Of a stretch of 64,000 nt of DNA, positions 17,623 to 27,324 are shown piece by piece. A program made the translations under genes and the position numbers. This DNA is from Nitrospinales bacterium. GTDB lineage: Bacteria > Nitrospinota > Nitrospinia > Nitrospinales > VA-1. The first letter of the stretch is position 1. Every line of letters begins with the position of its first letter. The stretch covers positions 1,312,001 to 1,376,000 of the forward strand of contig OZ253496.1 in assembly GCA_965262115.1 (NCBI GenBank), written 5' to 3'. The notes beneath the pieces were generated by a model, which was not told the DNA's origin, did not search any database, and was given only the letters and a program-made list of their open reading frames with translations.

Positions 17623-19809
17623 CTAAAGAACAATCAGTTTGGCATGGCTGGCCGAAAGTTTCTTTTTCCCGTGAGGGGCTTTAAAAAACACTTCCAGATT
17701 CAAATTTTCTTCACTACCTGAAAGGTTGATCACAATTCCCGACCCAAACTTAGCGTGCAAAACCTTTGTCCCGATAGAATAAGTACCGTCCTTTGTTCCA
17801 ATCGAATAGGAACCCCCACTTTTTCCCTGATAAGGAAGAGCTCCGCCAAGTGTGCTGATAAATTGAGGTGCGGTTTCATTGCTGAACCTGCTGGATTCAC
17901 GGATCATAACTTCATCGGGAATAGAAAGCAGAAAATCTGATGGAAGATAATTAAAAGTAGTGCCATAGATTCTCCTACGCCTGGCATAAGTGACGAACAG
18001 TTTTTTCCGGGCTCGGGTAAAACCTACATAGCACAGCCTTCTATCTTCTTCATATTGCTCAGAGTCCGACATGGAACTGGCATGCGGGAAGAGTCCATTT
18101 TCCATACCCACTACAAATACCGAAGAAAATTCCAACCCCTTACAGGTATGCAGGGTCATTAATGGAAGAACCCCACGCTCGTCATCAAGGTTATCCAGAT
18201 CCGCCACCAGAGAGGCCGAATCCAGAAACTCCTGCAGGGAACCTTCCCCATTCTCAATGGACTGCTCCACTGCGGAAAATAATTCCTCCAGATTTTCCAT
18301 ACGTCCTTTACTCTCGCGGGTATCCTCTTTTTTCAACATTTCCCCATAACCCGTTCGGTCTACCACCTCTTGCAGAAGTGCCAGCGGGTCATCCTTCATG
18401 GAATCCAGATGATCGATGATTTGCAAGAATTGGGCAATTCTCTTGCCTGCTGCAGGATCTGTCAATTTTTCCTGCTCGTTCCGGCGCAAACCCTCCTGGA
18501 GCGACAATCCCATTTCCCGGCAATACTGCTCAACCTTTTCCATCGAGGTCTTGCCAATTCCCCGGGCAGGAACATTGATAATTCGTTTTAAAGAAACTGA
18601 ATCACTCGGATTTAAAACAACCCGCATGTACGCCAGCACATCCTTGATCTATTTTCTTTCATCAAAACGCAGGCCTCCTATTACCTGATAGGGCAACCCG
18701 GTTCTCATCAACACATCTTCCAATACCCGGGACTGCGCATTGGTACGATAAAGAACGGCCATATCATTAAAGCTAAAGCCTTCGTCACGGTTCAAAGCCT
18801 GGATTTTTTCGCAAACAAATTCCGATTCATCCGTTTCATCTTCAGCCCTGTAGCACAACACTGGAGAACCCACTTCATTTTTCGTCCACAATGTTTTATC
18901 CTTCCGATTTCTGTTTTCTCTCACTACACTTCCTGCCGCATTTAAAATATTTTGTGTGGACCGGTAATTTTCCTCAAGCTTGATCACCGTTGTTCCGGGG
19001 AAATCTTTTTCAAACTTCAAAATATTTTCTATGTTTGCCCCCCCCCTCCAACGATAAATACTCTGGTCATCATCCACAACAACGCATATGTTATTGTGCG
19101 ATTGCGACAGCAGACGTACCATCCTGTACTGAACCGCATTGGTATCCTGAAACTCATCAACCAGAATATACTGAAACCTGTCGTTGTAACGAGCCCTTAA
19201 AGAAGGAAACTCCTGAAACAATCTGCTTGTAAAAACCAGCAAATCGTCAAAATCTAAAGCATTATTTTTTTTCAGGGCAGACTGGTAAACAAGATAAAGA
19301 CCCGCCGCCTTGAGTTGGTGACCATAAGGCATCGCATCCGGCTGCAAATCTTCGGGCATGAGAAAATCATTTTTGAATCCGCTGATGTGACCGAGAAGGG
19401 TTTTTGGAGGGAATGCGTCAGCACTGATTTCCGCTACCTTCATACACTGCTTGATCAAAGTCAACTGGTCCTGCGCGTCGTAGACAGCAAAATCATTGGA
19501 AAAACCCAGTTCCGAAATATTCATTCTTAGAATTCTCAGACAAAAAGAATGAAAGGTGCTGATCCAGGGGGAAGCTCCACGAAGGTCCAGCATTTTCCGG
19601 ACACGTTCCTTCATTTCCCCTGCGGCTTTGTTGGTAAAGGTTATCGCTAGAATACTTTCTGGAGGAATCCCTTTCTCTTTAATTAAATTGGCAATGCGGC
19701 AGGTGATGACACGTGTTTTCCCGGAGCCTGCTCCCGCCACCACCATCAGCGGACCCTCATTATGGCGCACGGCCTGTAACTGCTGCGGATTCAAATTTTC
19801 AAGATCCAC
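17623..19809 (-). pseudogene. pcrA: ATP-dependent DNA helicase PcrA/UvrD split by an in-frame TAG
   Basis: ORFs 18649-19809 and 17623-18639 are in the same frame: GGLRFDERK*IKDVLAY (family consensus FYERKEIKD). Motifs AGAGSGKT, DEFQD and TLHTCKGLEF are present. Confidence 0.88.
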
Positions 19810-19931
19810 GGAGTGCCTCCGATGGCAAATTGCAAAGTCTTTATTTCATCCTTCGGGGCATGGCTATAACATGCGGTAAACGTTCTCTCGGCCCTATGAG
19901 CCATTGCTATCTGCCTCCACGGCTAGTGGGA

Positions 19932-20867
19932 TTAAACTAAATTTTCCCAGGTCACGGAAGCCAGCGCCTCAACAAATGTCGGGGAAAGGTTTAACGATTC
20001 GATGCGGTGCAAACTCAACTGGCGTTCACGGGCATATTTATTAAATTCTATATCAATATCGAACAAAATTTCTACATGATCGCAAACAAAACCAACCGGA
20101 ACCATTAAAACTGTTTTTGAGCCCCGCTTTGCGATCTTATCCAAAACCGATTCCACCGTGGGCCCCAACCAGGGAATCGGTATCATCCCCTGACTCTGGT
20201 AAGCTTTATACCAGTGCCACGGTTGGACCCGTTCCACGAGCTTTGCAACGGTTTTGTCAAACTCTTCAGGATAAGGATCGCCAAACTCTAAAGATTCGGA
20301 GGGGATACTGTGCGCTGTGAAAATCGTGTGAACCGATTCTTCTACATTCGGTCCCAGTTTTTCAAGAGCCGTGCGGTATTTTTCTTCAAACGCATCAATG
20401 AGAAGTGGATGGTCCACCCAACTACCAATGTAGCGCACATCCAAATTCTCTGCATCGCAGTTTTTCAACGCTTCCTTAAAAACATTGAAGTACAAACGCG
20501 TACTCCAAGTGCTGAATTGCGGGGCCAGGCAAAGTGCCACCACTTTTTTCACCCCGTCTTCCTTCATCCTTTTTACCTCGTCACCGATATAAGGACTCCA
20601 GTTGCGCATTCCGCAATAGACTTTAAACTGCGATCCCTGCTGGTTGAGAAAAGACTCCAACCGGGCGCATAGTTCCTGGGTGATCTCCCGCAGGGGAGAC
20701 TTTCCGCCGATCTGCTCATAACGGTCGCGGATGATCTGGATGGTTTCTGGAGTGGACTCCATTCCGCCGCGAATATTTCTCAAATATTCCGGGATATCAT
20801 CAACGGACTCGGGAGCCCCATGCGCCATAAGGAAAACACCGATCAGCGGCTCGGCGGGATCATTCAT
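19932..20867 (-). CDS. hemH: Ferrochelatase
   Basis: LMAHGAP, RYEQIGGKSPL, FTAHSIP, WLGP and GFVCDHVEILFDID motifs; ATG overlaps the hemE stop. Confidence 0.92.
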   Translation of the reverse strand: MNDPAEPLIGVFLMAHGAPESVDDIPEYLRNIRGGMESTPETIQIIRDRYEQIGGKSPLREITQELCARLESFLNQQGSQFKVYCGMRNWSPYIGDEVKRMKEDGVKKVVALCLAPQFSTWSTRLYFNVFKEALKNCDAENLDVRYIGSWVDHPLLIDAFEEKYRTALEKLGPNVEESVHTIFTAHSIPSESLEFGDPYPEEFDKTVAKLVERVQPWHWYKAYQSQGMIPIPWLGPTVESVLDKIAKRGSKTVLMVPVGFVCDHVEILFDIDIEFNKYARERQLSLHRIESLNLSPTFVEALASVTWENLV

Positions 20868-21891
20868 GCTGGTATTCATGGACCATGTCCACCACTGCCT
20901 TGACATGCTCTACCGGGGTGTGTTGCAAAATACCATGCCCTAAATTAAAGATATACCCTCTTCCTACAGCGCGCTTGAGGATGTCATGAACCCGTTCTCG
21001 AATCACCGGTAAGGGAGCAAAAAGCGTCACTGGGTCGAGATTACCCTGAACCGGCTGGTCTTTTCCCAGCAGGGCTCGTGCAGAATCCATCTGGATTCGC
21101 CAGTCAAAACTGAGCACATCTCCGCCAGCCTTTTGCACCAGATCCAGCATCGTAGAAGTTCCGGTACTGAAGTTGATGACAGGGACTCCGGTATCTTTGA
21201 GTCCTTCGTAAACACGGCGGGAATAAGGAAGAATATATTTTTCATAATCGCCGGGTCCAAGGCACCCTGCCCAACTGTCGAATATCTGGAGAGCCTGGGC
21301 TCCTGCAGAAACCTGCATCTTTAAATAATCCACCAGCATGGTGCACACCTTGCCCATCAACTGTTCCCACACATCGGTGGCCTCATACATCATCATTTTA
21401 GTGGTTGTGAAGTCCCGCGATTTTCCCCCTTCCACCATATAACTGCACAGGGTAAACGGAGCTCCGGCAAAACCTACCAATGGAATGTTGATCTCCTTTC
21501 TCACCAGACGAATCGCGTCGGCAACAAAACCCAACTGCTCTTCCACATTGACCGGCATAAGTTTTTCAACGGCTTTTCTGTCCTTGACCGGACGCGGAAT
21601 CACAGGGCCATCTCCCGCTGAAAATTCCAAACCCGTCCCCATCGGTTCTAAAGGAAGAAGAATATCTGCAAAAATTATGGCCGCATCCACCCCCAGCACA
21701 TCCAGAGGTTGTAACGTGACCTCACACGCCAATTCCGGGTTCTTGCACAGTTCCAGGAAAGTGTATTTTTCCTTGAGGTCCCGGTAAACTTTCATATACC
21801 GACCCGCCTGGCGCATGAACCAGACCGGAGTTTTATCAACCGGTTCACCCCGGCAGGCTTTTATAAAACGGTACTCGCTTGACTTGTCCAT
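20860..21891 (-). CDS. hemE: Uroporphyrinogen decarboxylase
   Basis: PVWFMRQAGRY, DAAIIFADIL, QIFDSW and IFNLGHGI motifs; GGAGG site before the ATG at 21891. Confidence 0.96.
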   Translation of the reverse strand: MDKSSEYRFIKACRGEPVDKTPVWFMRQAGRYMKVYRDLKEKYTFLELCKNPELACEVTLQPLDVLGVDAAIIFADILLPLEPMGTGLEFSAGDGPVIPRPVKDRKAVEKLMPVNVEEQLGFVADAIRLVRKEINIPLVGFAGAPFTLCSYMVEGGKSRDFTTTKMMMYEATDVWEQLMGKVCTMLVDYLKMQVSAGAQALQIFDSWAGCLGPGDYEKYILPYSRRVYEGLKDTGVPVINFSTGTSTMLDLVQKAGGDVLSFDWRIQMDSARALLGKDQPVQGNLDPVTLFAPLPVIRERVHDILKRAVGRGYIFNLGHGILQHTPVEHVKAVVDMVHEYQHE

Positions 21892-22140
21892 AAACCTCCA
21901 CTCGGCGTGGGACCACCAGCATGCAATAACTCTCTCTGGCGAGCAAAGAGCTATCTCGGTTTTAGGACCCCTTGCCAATTGCCCCTGTGGCTAGCAGTTA
22001 AAATTTATTGATTATAGGACGGGAACCCATGCGGGATCAACGGTTTGTTTTGATTGCTGCGCTGGAATCCGCTTTATCAGCCCAATTCCACTTTCATATT
22101 CCGGTAGATTTTATAGAGGTGCCGATTTTGCTCCCCGGAG

Positions 22141-22269
22141 GAGACCTTTGCGTAAGTCTATAAAGCAGAAAAGCGAGATGCTTCGACAAGCTCAGCATGA
22201 CAATAAAAGGCTATCTTGTCATTCTGAGGAACTATTGCAACGAAGAATCTTGGGTTATGCAAAGCTCTC
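22141..22269. mobile_element. 129-bp MITE-like element with terminal inverted repeats and 9-bp target-site duplication
   Basis: Left end GAGACCTTTGCGTAA versus reverse complement of right end GAGAGCTTTGCATAA (13/15). Flanked by TCCCCGGAG at 22132-22140 and 22270-22278. Contains an internal REP-like palindrome at 22175-22250. Confidence 0.8.
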
Positions 22270-22516
22270 TCCCCGGAGAGGCCGAAAATCTGCTTTGGCA
22301 GGCTCCTCATCCTCATCCGTTGAGAATAAAATTGCAACCGCTCCTGAATCGAAAGATGTTTGCCCTCTTTGGCTGAGGTTTCCAAATACCGCGAATAGCC
22401 AAAGCGATCGGGAAAAGTCCCGAAAGAACTAATAAAGGTCGCGGCTGAGTTTGCTCCATAATTTCCTACTGTGGAATTAAAATTTGCTTAAAGATACCCG
22501 TTAATGTTTGCATCCT

Positions 22517-23650
22517 CTAGGCAAATCGGGCCACCACTCTCGCCAGTTCTTCGAGGACAATTTCTTCTTTTTCGTTATTCAATTTTTCACGAATAAGAGG
22601 AAGTACCTCGGACCCTGAAAGTTCACCCAGAGCCCAGACCACGTGCGCCCGAATCAACGGTTCTTCATCATCCAGAACTTTAATCAGGACAGGGATAGCT
22701 TGCGGGTTGCCGGAATTGCCCAAAGCAACGGCCACATTTCTGAGCAGACCTCTTCTCTTGATCCGTTTGATCGGACTGCCTTTGAATCTTCGGCTGAACA
22801 TTTCTCCGTTGATCTGAATCAGGTCCATCAGCTTGAGCGTGTCCTGCTTCTGCTGAAAGTCCGGGTCATCAGTTTTAACCGTATAGGAATTCCACGGGCA
22901 GACAATCTGGCAATCATCGCAACCGTAAATTCTGTTGCCGATTGCCTTCCTGTACTCAACGGGTATGACCCCTTTCAACTCAATAGTGAGATAAGAAATA
23001 CATCGTTTCGAATCCAGAACGTAGGGAGCAATAATGGCATCTGTCGGGCAAATATCTATACAGCTTCTGCAGGTGCCGCAATGGTCTTCAGCTGGCTGGG
23101 ATGAAGGAAGGGCAACATCCGTCAGGATTTCAGAAAGGAAATACCAGGACCCCATGCCCTCGGTGAGAAGATTAGTGTGCTTTCCGATCCACCCCAGGCC
23201 CGCTTGTTGGGCCAAAGGCTTCTCGAGAATGGGCCCTGTATCCACATAAATCCGGGTCCGGCATCCCTCAAACTCCTCTTTGATTTTTTCCTCCATCTGA
23301 CGTAAACGCGGCGTAACAGTATCATGATAATCCTTGTTCAAAGCATAAATGGAAATATCCGCAACATCACGATGCTCGACATAACTCATATCCTTTTCCA
23401 TTGCATAGTAGTTGGTGCGAAAGCATAGAATGCTTTGCACCCCTTCCAATACGAGATCAGGATTTTTTCGCTTTTCCTGGCCGCGCCGCATATAGGCCAT
23501 TTCACCGTCGTAACCCGCGTCCATCCATTTTCCAAACCTCTCTCCAGCCGGGCCTAATTCGGGACTAGCAACTCCAAATCCGTCAAACCCCAAAATCTCG
23601 GAGAATGACTTAAGACCTGCTAACTTCTCTATTTTTTCTGCAGAATTCAT
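22517..23650 (-). CDS. queG: tRNA epoxyqueuosine(34) reductase QueG
   Basis: DYH, YVDTGPILEK, AGLGWIGKH, CGTCRSCIDICPT, CISYLTIE and GCDDCQIVCPWN motifs; HEAT-like tail. Confidence 0.95.
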   Translation of the reverse strand: MNSAEKIEKLAGLKSFSEILGFDGFGVASPELGPAGERFGKWMDAGYDGEMAYMRRGQEKRKNPDLVLEGVQSILCFRTNYYAMEKDMSYVEHRDVADISIYALNKDYHDTVTPRLRQMEEKIKEEFEGCRTRIYVDTGPILEKPLAQQAGLGWIGKHTNLLTEGMGSWYFLSEILTDVALPSSQPAEDHCGTCRSCIDICPTDAIIAPYVLDSKRCISYLTIELKGVIPVEYRKAIGNRIYGCDDCQIVCPWNSYTVKTDDPDFQQKQDTLKLMDLIQINGEMFSRRFKGSPIKRIKRRGLLRNVAVALGNSGNPQAIPVLIKVLDDEEPLIRAHVVWALGELSGSEVLPLIREKLNNEKEEIVLEELARVVARFA

Positions 23651-23930
23651 AAGCTTTAAGGAAGTTGATCCAATCTAGCGATTCTGATACTCTCAAGCTG
23701 CTCGCCGCAGTGGCAACAGGCAAGGACTCGTTGTACCCATGCAGGGCACGCCGAAATGGTACGCCTAGTGGGCGGAGCACCTCCGCCGACAAATTGCAAT
23801 ATCTTTAACTTGCCCTCAATCGACTACTCGGCCCAACGAGTTATTTACCCCTGCGGGGCACGAAATTTAAGGAAGAGGGCATCACGACTACTGGCCCCAC
23901 GCCGAGTGGTTTTGAAACGGAAAAGTTCTT

Positions 23931-24884
23931 ATGATGAATAAAACCGGTTACGCATCAGATCCATTTTATCTTAGGCATGAAACTGAACCGCATCCCGAAA
24001 ACCCCGGCCGGTTAACCGCCATCCAGAATCGGCTGGAGTCCTCTGAATTCTACAATAACCTCATTGCAATACAACCCCGCAAGGCCACTCCGGAAGAAAT
24101 TGCTCTGGTGCATGATGCAGGCTATGTGGCAAGCGTTGAGCAGAGTTGCGCTAACGGGGTACGCAATTTGGACGCGGACACAGTCATCTCCGCCGATTCC
24201 TACGATGCCGCGTTGTTGAGCGCCGGAGCGGGACTGAATGCCATTGACCAACTCATCGATGGCAGTATCCATAATGCCTTTTGTGCTGTACGACCGCCAG
24301 GCCATCATGCCGAACAGGATCGTGCGATGGGTTTCTGCCTGTTCAACAATGTCGGCATTGCCGCCCGGTATGCGCAAAAGGCAAAAGGGTTAAATAGAAT
24401 TTTCATTTTTGATTGGGATGTTCATCATGGCAATGGCACTCAACACTCGTTTTATAGTGATCCTTCTATCTATTACAGCAGCACCCATCAATACCCGTTT
24501 TATCCAGGTACCGGAGCAAAAGAAGAAACCGGAACCGGCGACGGGTTGGGGACCACATTGAACCTGCCGATGGACGCCTACTCAGAGGATGACGACTATC
24601 TATCCGTTGTTGAACACAAACTGATCCCGGAAATCCAACGCTACAAACCCGACCTGATTATTATTTCCGCCGGGTTTGACGCTCATCAGAATGATCCTCT
24701 GGCCCAGATTCAATTGACCACAGATTGCTTTGGCAAAATGACCGAGTTATTGATGGGGGTTGCCGGAGATGTTTGCGAGGGACGGTTACTCTCCATGTTG
24801 GAGGGCGGCTACGACTATGACGCGTTGAGCGACTCAGTCCGACTTCACATGCAAACCTTATTAACTCCCGACCATGGAAAATGA
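23931..24884 (+). CDS. Histone deacetylase family (AcuC/HDAC class II-like) amidohydrolase
   Basis: HPENPGRL, RPPGHHA, GFCLFNN, DWDVHHGNGTQ, SAGFDAH and LEGGY motifs. Confidence 0.93.
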   Translation: MMNKTGYASDPFYLRHETEPHPENPGRLTAIQNRLESSEFYNNLIAIQPRKATPEEIALVHDAGYVASVEQSCANGVRNLDADTVISADSYDAALLSAGAGLNAIDQLIDGSIHNAFCAVRPPGHHAEQDRAMGFCLFNNVGIAARYAQKAKGLNRIFIFDWDVHHGNGTQHSFYSDPSIYYSSTHQYPFYPGTGAKEETGTGDGLGTTLNLPMDAYSEDDDYLSVVEHKLIPEIQRYKPDLIIISAGFDAHQNDPLAQIQLTTDCFGKMTELLMGVAGDVCEGRLLSMLEGGYDYDALSDSVRLHMQTLLTPDHGK

Positions 24885-25426
24885 AACCTGGAATGTCTGA
24901 TAGCATTGCGCCCAACAAGAGAATCGTCACCATGGCTTTAATGGTGGCCTTGGGGGTGATATTGCATCGCCTTGAAGCCCTGCTCCCCTTACCCACACCC
25001 TGGGTCAAACTGGGACTGGCCAACCTGATGACCTTGATGGCCCTGGTTTATTTAGGAACCCGCGAGGCTTTTATAGTTACCCTGCTTCGGGTCATACTGG
25101 GCTCCATTCTTGCGGGAACATTCTTGGGACCGACCTTTTTTCTCAGTATGGCAGGAGGCCTGGCCGGCACCGCAGTCATGTGCGGAGTTTACAACAACGG
25201 AAAGGGGCCGTTCAGCCTTGTTGGCGTCAGTGTTTGCGGAGCCTACACCCATACCTTCATCACGGCAATCTGTGTCTATTTTTTTCTTATAAAACAGACT
25301 TCCTTTTTCGTCCTACTGCCCTTTTTCTTCTCACTGGCTCTGATTACCGGCATTTTGACCGGAATGGCCGGAAATCTTTTATCCCGGGAAATGGAGTTTT
25401 CGTTTAAGCATTCCCAGGCTCATTAA
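24881..25426 (+). CDS. Gx transporter / heptaprenyl-diphosphate synthase component I family membrane protein
   Basis: LEALLPLPTPWVKLGLAN motif with hydrophobic helices. Confidence 0.8.
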   Translation: MKPGMSDSIAPNKRIVTMALMVALGVILHRLEALLPLPTPWVKLGLANLMTLMALVYLGTREAFIVTLLRVILGSILAGTFLGPTFFLSMAGGLAGTAVMCGVYNNGKGPFSLVGVSVCGAYTHTFITAICVYFFLIKQTSFFVLLPFFFSLALITGILTGMAGNLLSREMEFSFKHSQAH

Positions 25427-25521
25427 AGGTTTTACAGACAAATCCCGATAAAATTATTTTAGACTTTGGATTTTTCTTGTTCTAAAATCTACAGAACATA
25501 AATGATAATTGGAGTCCTTAA

Positions 25522-25701
25522 GTGAATAACCCCTCTGATCCAGACAGCAAAATCGCCTTGTTAGCAGAATTTTGGGATTTTCTCAAAACCCGGAAAAAAT
25601 GGTGGCTGGGACCTATTGTCTTCATCATGTTGCTAATGAGCCTGCTTATAGTTCTAACAGAAGGTAGCGCCGTTGCTCCCTTTATTTACACCCTATTCTA
25701 G
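25522..25701 (+). CDS. DUF5989 family small membrane protein (59 aa, absent from ORF track)
   Basis: GGAG site and GTG start; ...[44 protein letters not shown]. Confidence 0.85.
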   Translation: MNNPSDPDSKIALLAEFWDFLKTRKKWWLGPIVFIMLLMSLLIVLTEGSAVAPFIYTLF

Positions 25702-25709
25702 ACCTTAAC

Positions 25710-26396
25710 TTGCTCACACTTTCCATAGTTATTCCAGTTTATAACGAACGCGATACGCTTCGTACCCTGGTTTCCAAAGTCGAAGCTGTCGACTACGAGA
25801 AGGAAATCATCCTGATCGATGATTTCTCCACAGACGGAACACGGGATGTCTTGAAAGAATATGAAGGACGGGAAAATTTTCAGGTGCTTTACCATGACCG
25901 CAATAAAGGCAAAGGCGCCGCATTGCGCACCGGTTTTTCCAAAACCCAGGGGGATATCATCATCATTCAAGATGCTGATCTTGAATACAATCCTACCGAC
26001 TACGGAACATTGCTGGAACCCATTCTGGATGGGCGGGCCGATGTTGTGTATGGATCTTGATTTCTGGGAGGTCCTCACCGGGTATTGTTCTACTGGCATT
26101 ACCTTGGTAACAAATTTCTCACCACCCTGTCGAACATATTCACCAACCTGAACCTGACCGACATGGAAACCGGCTACAAGGTCTTCACAAAAAAAGTGAA
26201 CGATACCCTGGCCTTCAAGTGCGACCGTTTTGGCTTTGAACCTGAGTTCACCGCCAAGGTCGCAAAAAATAAATTCCGGGTCTATGAAGTCCCCATCTCT
26301 TACAATGGCAGAGACTATTCAGAAGGAAAAAAAACCACCTGGAAAGACGGCTTCGCTGCCATCTGGTATATTTTCAGATTCAGGTTTTTGGATTGA
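25710..26396 (+). pseudogene. GT2 (DPM1-like) glycosyltransferase with an internal TGA
   Basis: [17 protein letters not shown] and QDADLEY motifs, then DVVYGS*FLGG (TGA at 26058-26060; consensus YGSRF), continuing in frame to DMETGYK and FGFEPE. Confidence 0.88.
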
Positions 26397-26406
26397 TCCT
26401 TTCCGT

Positions 26407-26805
26407 TTAACACTCCTCCAGCCGCTCCCCGCAATGCGGACAGACGACATCCTGTTCAGCCACCTGGGTTTCACAGACGGAGCAAATCTGAACACTTTCA
26501 CGTTCTTCCAGTAATTGACGGGCTTGCTCCGCATCTTCTCTCAATGTCCAAAGACGAACCTTCATGAGATCCGCGACCGGTGCAGGCTCTGCGTGAAAAG
26601 ATATGTTTTCCAACTGGCAGGGAATGCCTTCGTTTTCCAGAAAGCCCCGCATGATATGAGCCTTGGCTTCGTTTAAAACCGTGCAGAGGATCACCAGGTC
26701 AGGAGCCTCCTTCTCCGCTACCTCCGACACAAGTTCTACATTACAATCAGGACAAAGGGAATGCGTGTCGGGAAAATTTTCCTCACATTTCGGGCAACTC
26801 CACAT
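26407..26805 (-). CDS. DUF2007-like protein flanked by zinc ribbons
   Basis: CPKC...CPDC, AHIMRGFLENEGIP, CSVC...CPHCG. Confidence 0.75.
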   Translation of the reverse strand: MWSCPKCEENFPDTHSLCPDCNVELVSEVAEKEAPDLVILCTVLNEAKAHIMRGFLENEGIPCQLENISFHAEPAPVADLMKVRLWTLREDAEQARQLLEERESVQICSVCETQVAEQDVVCPHCGERLEEC

Positions 26806-26915
26806 ACTATTATTCTACAGCATTTCAAGAGGCTCACAAAACAAGTTTATTGTCACCGGGATTATCCCCGTTTGATATAATTTTCAAAACGGATAAGAAC
26901 TCTATCGACCTCGAC

Positions 26916-27305
26916 ATGACACCTCTGGCTCATATAACAGAAAATATATTTAAACTGAGAAAAAAAGACCGCGTCATCGGATTCTACCTCTATGACAAAT
27001 TTGATGAATCTATTGCCCGAATTGATGCGGTATTGGTCGACAGCCAAATCTATCATAGCTACTACATGGTCATAAACCTGGGAGGCTTTCTGCAAGTAAG
27101 GGGAAAGGTTGTGGTTCTTCCTGTTGAAATCTGCGAGGTGAAGGATTTAGGAAAAGTAAAAACCGAGTGGCGGAAAGAGTCCATGCTGGGGGCGCCAACT
27201 CCCATCAATATCATGAGTATGACAACTGTGGAAGAAGAATTGATACGTGATTATTATGGCCTGCCACTGCAAAGACCCATTCCCTCAAAAAATCAGGAAA
27301 AATGA
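26916..27305 (+). CDS. PRC-barrel-like domain protein
   Basis: IGFYLYD...IDAVLVD...YMVINLGGFL...VVLPV...YYG. Confidence 0.65.
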   Translation: MTPLAHITENIFKLRKKDRVIGFYLYDKFDESIARIDAVLVDSQIYHSYYMVINLGGFLQVRGKVVVLPVEICEVKDLGKVKTEWRKESMLGAPTPINIMSMTTVEEELIRDYYGLPLQRPIPSKNQEK

Positions 27306-27324
27306 TGGCAATTTAATTCGGGAA

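Noticed and set aside
22148..22432. ORFs 22148-22432 (+) and 22158-22385 (-) as real proteins
   Set aside because: They run through the MITE/REP sequence (MLRQAQHD, CHSEE-type translations) and show no family motif.
12266..26060. Stop-codon reassignment or selenocysteine/pyrrolysine readthrough explaining the internal stops
   Set aside because: The stops replace different expected residues (Trp, Arg, Glu, Gln), involve both TGA and TAG, and co-occur with frameshifts. TGA and TAG end many normal genes in the window.
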